Positions 30,685-32,722 of a DNA stretch of 32,722 nucleotides are shown in pieces. This DNA is from an uncultured Ignavibacteria bacterium (GTDB taxonomy: Bacteria; Zixibacteria; MSB-5A5; SM1-73), in contig CAZPRG010000003.1 in assembly GCA_964588675.1 (NCBI GenBank), positions 1 to 32,722 of the forward strand, read 5' to 3'. How positions within the stretch are numbered: the stretch's first letter is position 1; every line of letters starts with the position of its first letter. The translations under genes and the position numbers were made by a program. Under the pieces are notes generated by a model. That model did not search any database. It was not told where the DNA came from and saw only the letters and a list, made by a program, of their open reading frames with translations.

Positions 30685-32722
30685 ATGTTAGCCAACATAA
30701 TCGACTATTGCATAAAGAACCGGCTGGTGGTCCTGCTGCTGACCGTGGCGGTCATCGTCACGGGCGTTTATTGTCTGCAGAACATCAAGCTGGATGCCAT
30801 CCCGGATTTGTCCGACGTGCAGGTGATAGTGGAGGCCAAGTATCCGGGCCAGGGGCCCAGAGTGGTGGAGGATCAGGTGACCTACCCCCTGACCTCGGCC
30901 ATGCTCTCGGTCCCGTACGCCCGGGCGGTAAGAGGCTATTCGTTTTTCGGATTCTCCTTGGTCTACGTCATCTTCGAGGACGGGACCGATCTCTACTGGG
31001 CTCGCTCCCGGGTGCTGGAGTATCTCAACTCGGCCTCCGGGCGTTTGCCTCAGAAGGTGACCGTCCAATTGGGGCCCGACGCAACCGGAGTGGGCTGGGT
31101 GTATGAGTACGTCCTGCAGGACGAAAGTGGGAAGCTGGATTTGTCCGATTTGAGGAGCATACAGGACTGGTATCTCAAATACGCCCTGACCTCGGTGCCG
31201 GGAGTGGCGGAAGTGGCCTCGGTGGGGGGCTACGTCAAACAATACCAGGTGGAGGTGGACCCGGACAAGCTTCTGGCGTTTAACATTCCCCTTTCTCACG
31301 TGAAGATGGCCATAGAGCGTTCCAACAACGACGTGGGGGGGAGCCTGGTGGAGATGGGCGAAACCGAATTCATGGTCCGGGGTTTGGGTTACATCAAGTC
31401 CATCGAAGACTTGAAGAACATCCCTTTGGGCATGGGAAAAAACGGCGTGCCGGTTCTCGTGAGAAACGTGGCCCGGGTGAACGTCGGTCCCCAGCTCAGG
31501 CGGGGAATCGCGGAGATGGACGGCCAGGGGGAGGTGGTGGGGGGGATAGTGATTATGCGCTCCGGAGAGAATGCCCTGCGCACCATCGAACTGGTCAAGC
31601 AGAAGCTGGAGGAGCTGAAAAGCGGTCTCCCTCCGGGAGTGGTCACCAAACCGGTTTACGATCGGTCCCATTTGATCGAGGGATCCATCCATACCTTAAA
31701 ACACACCCTGCTGGAGGAGATGATCGTGGTGGCCATCGTCATCATGATCTTTCTGCTGCATTTCAGAAGCTCGCTGGTGGCCATCTTCACCCTGCCTACC
31801 GCAGTATTGATCAGCTTCATCATCATGTACTTCCAGGGGATCAACGCCAACATCATGTCGCTGGGGGGCATCGCCATCGCCATTGGGGCCATGGTGGACG
31901 CGGCCATCATCATGGTGGAGAACGCCCACAAGCATCTGGAGAGATACCGGGGCCAAATGGACTACTGGTCCATCATCGCCCGCTCCGCCAAGGAGGTGGG
32001 CCCCACCCTCTTCCACAGTCTTCTGGTCATCACCGTCTCCTTCTTGCCGGTGTTTCTGTTGGAGCAGCAGGAGGGGCGGCTCTTCAAGCCGCTGGCCTTC
32101 ACCAAGAGTTACGCCATGGCCGGGGCCGCGCTTTTGTCCATCACCGTGGTGCCGGTGTTGATGGGTTACTGGATAAGGGGAAGGATCAGAACCGAGGAGC
32201 GCAACCCGCTCAGCCGAATCCTTCACAGACTCTACCATCCGGCCATTACCTGGGTGCTGAAACACCCCTGGCTGGTGATAGCCGTGGCCCTGATGGTGAT
32301 GGCCGCCACGGCCGTCCCCATCCTGAAGATAGGCAGCGAGTTCATGCCGCCGCTGTATGAGGCGGATCTGCTCTACATGCCCACCACCTTTCCGGGAATC
32401 TCCATCACCAAGGCCAAGGAGCTATTGCAGCAGACCGACAAGATCATCGCCTCCTTCCCGGAGGTGGCATCGGTCTTCGGGAAGATCGGCCGGGCGGAGA
32501 CGGCCACCGATCCGGCGCCCCTGACCATGATCGAGACCACCATCCGGCTTAAACCCAAGAAAGACTGGCGGCCGGGGATGACTCCCGACAAACTGGTGGA
32601 GGAGATGGATGGAGCCATCCAGTTCCCCGGTTTGACCAATGCCTGGACCATGCCCATCAAGACCAGAATCGACATGCTGGCCACGGGCATCAAGACCCCG
32701 GTGGGGATCAAGATAATGGGAG
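30685..32722 (+). CDS. cusA: Heavy-metal efflux RND pump, CusA-type (Cu(I)/Ag(I)), 3' end cut by the window edge
   Basis: This gene is not in the ORF track because no stop is reached. The ATG at 30685 has gaggggga 6 nt upstream. The translation [19 protein letters not shown]...[78 protein letters not shown] is near-collinear with E. coli CusA. The CusA methionine-triad contexts [16 protein letters not shown] and [10 protein letters not shown] are present. Confidence 0.93.
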   Translation, partial: MLANIIDYCIKNRLVVLLLTVAVIVTGVYCLQNIKLDAIPDLSDVQVIVEAKYPGQGPRVVEDQVTYPLTSAMLSVPYARAVRGYSFFGFSLVYVIFEDGTDLYWARSRVLEYLNSASGRLPQKVTVQLGPDATGVGWVYEYVLQDESGKLDLSDLRSIQDWYLKYALTSVPGVAEVASVGGYVKQYQVEVDPDKLLAFNIPLSHVKMAIERSNNDVGGSLVEMGETEFMVRGLGYIKSIEDLKNIPLGMGKNGVPVLVRNVARVNVGPQLRRGIAEMDGQGEVVGGIVIMRSGENALRTIELVKQKLEELKSGLPPGVVTKPVYDRSHLIEGSIHTLKHTLLEEMIVVAIVIMIFLLHFRSSLVAIFTLPTAVLISFIIMYFQGINANIMSLGGIAIAIGAMVDAAIIMVENAHKHLERYRGQMDYWSIIARSAKEVGPTLFHSLLVITVSFLPVFLLEQQEGRLFKPLAFTKSYAMAGAALLSITVVPVLMGYWIRGRIRTEERNPLSRILHRLYHPAITWVLKHPWLVIAVALMVMAATAVPILKIGSEFMPPLYEADLLYMPTTFPGISITKAKELLQQTDKIIASFPEVASVFGKIGRAETATDPAPLTMIETTIRLKPKKDWRPGMTPDKLVEEMDGAIQFPGLTNAWTMPIKTRIDMLATGIKTPVGIKIMG

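Noticed and set aside
28843-32265. Minus-strand ORFs of 307, 334 and 189 aa (28843-29766, 30688-31692, 31696-32265) opposite cusB and cusA
   Set aside because: The plus-strand frames are near-collinear with CusB and CusA. The antisense products are His/Arg/Gly/Pro-rich with no motifs.
1-32722. Search for tRNA, rRNA, CRISPR arrays, IS elements, integrases, and toxin-antitoxin or known defence genes
   Set aside because: I saw no T-loop or cloverleaf candidates and no regularly spaced direct repeats. No transposase or integrase-like translations appeared in any frame of the ORF track. The only mobile-element-like trace is the 77-nt palindrome at 1861-1937.

Overview
This 32.7-kb window looks like a chromosomal fragment from a fairly GC-rich diderm bacterium. 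The lineage guess (an uncultivated, FCB-like group) is inference only, from dockerin-tailed hydrolases and a DUF5916/CBM9-like protein. I found no rRNA, tRNA, CRISPR array, transposase or integrase. Gene order is as follows. Plus strand: a 5'-truncated aminotransferase and a ROK sugar kinase. Minus strand: a low-GC orphan zinc-ribbon/TPR-like gene, a MetE-fold protein with a degenerate zinc site, a GAF-receiver protein coupled to miaB, and a DUF5916/CBM9-like envelope protein. Also minus strand: a dockerin-tailed C25 (gingipain-like) peptidase and an operon of a FadL-like porin plus an esterase-D-fold protein lacking its serine nucleophile. Plus strand: mazG, then a four-gene operon of signal-peptide proteins. 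That operon encodes two small beta-rich subunits, a two-Ig-domain protein and a 938-aa Ig-Ig-barrel-Ig-Ig outer-membrane protein. Plus strand continues with thiC, a small secreted cohesin-like protein, and a dockerin-tailed M14 carboxypeptidase. The window ends with a possible Cys-rich ORF and a cusCBA-type Cu/Ag RND efflux operon, with cusA cut by the window edge. The best candidate for an undescribed system is the 16.9-21.6 kb operon, which is laid out like a non-canonical chaperone-usher or surface-fibre assembly locus. The second candidate is a possible non-cellulosomal cohesin-dockerin pairing that would tether two unrelated secreted peptidases. All functional calls rest on motifs read by eye from the translations. 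No database search was run.
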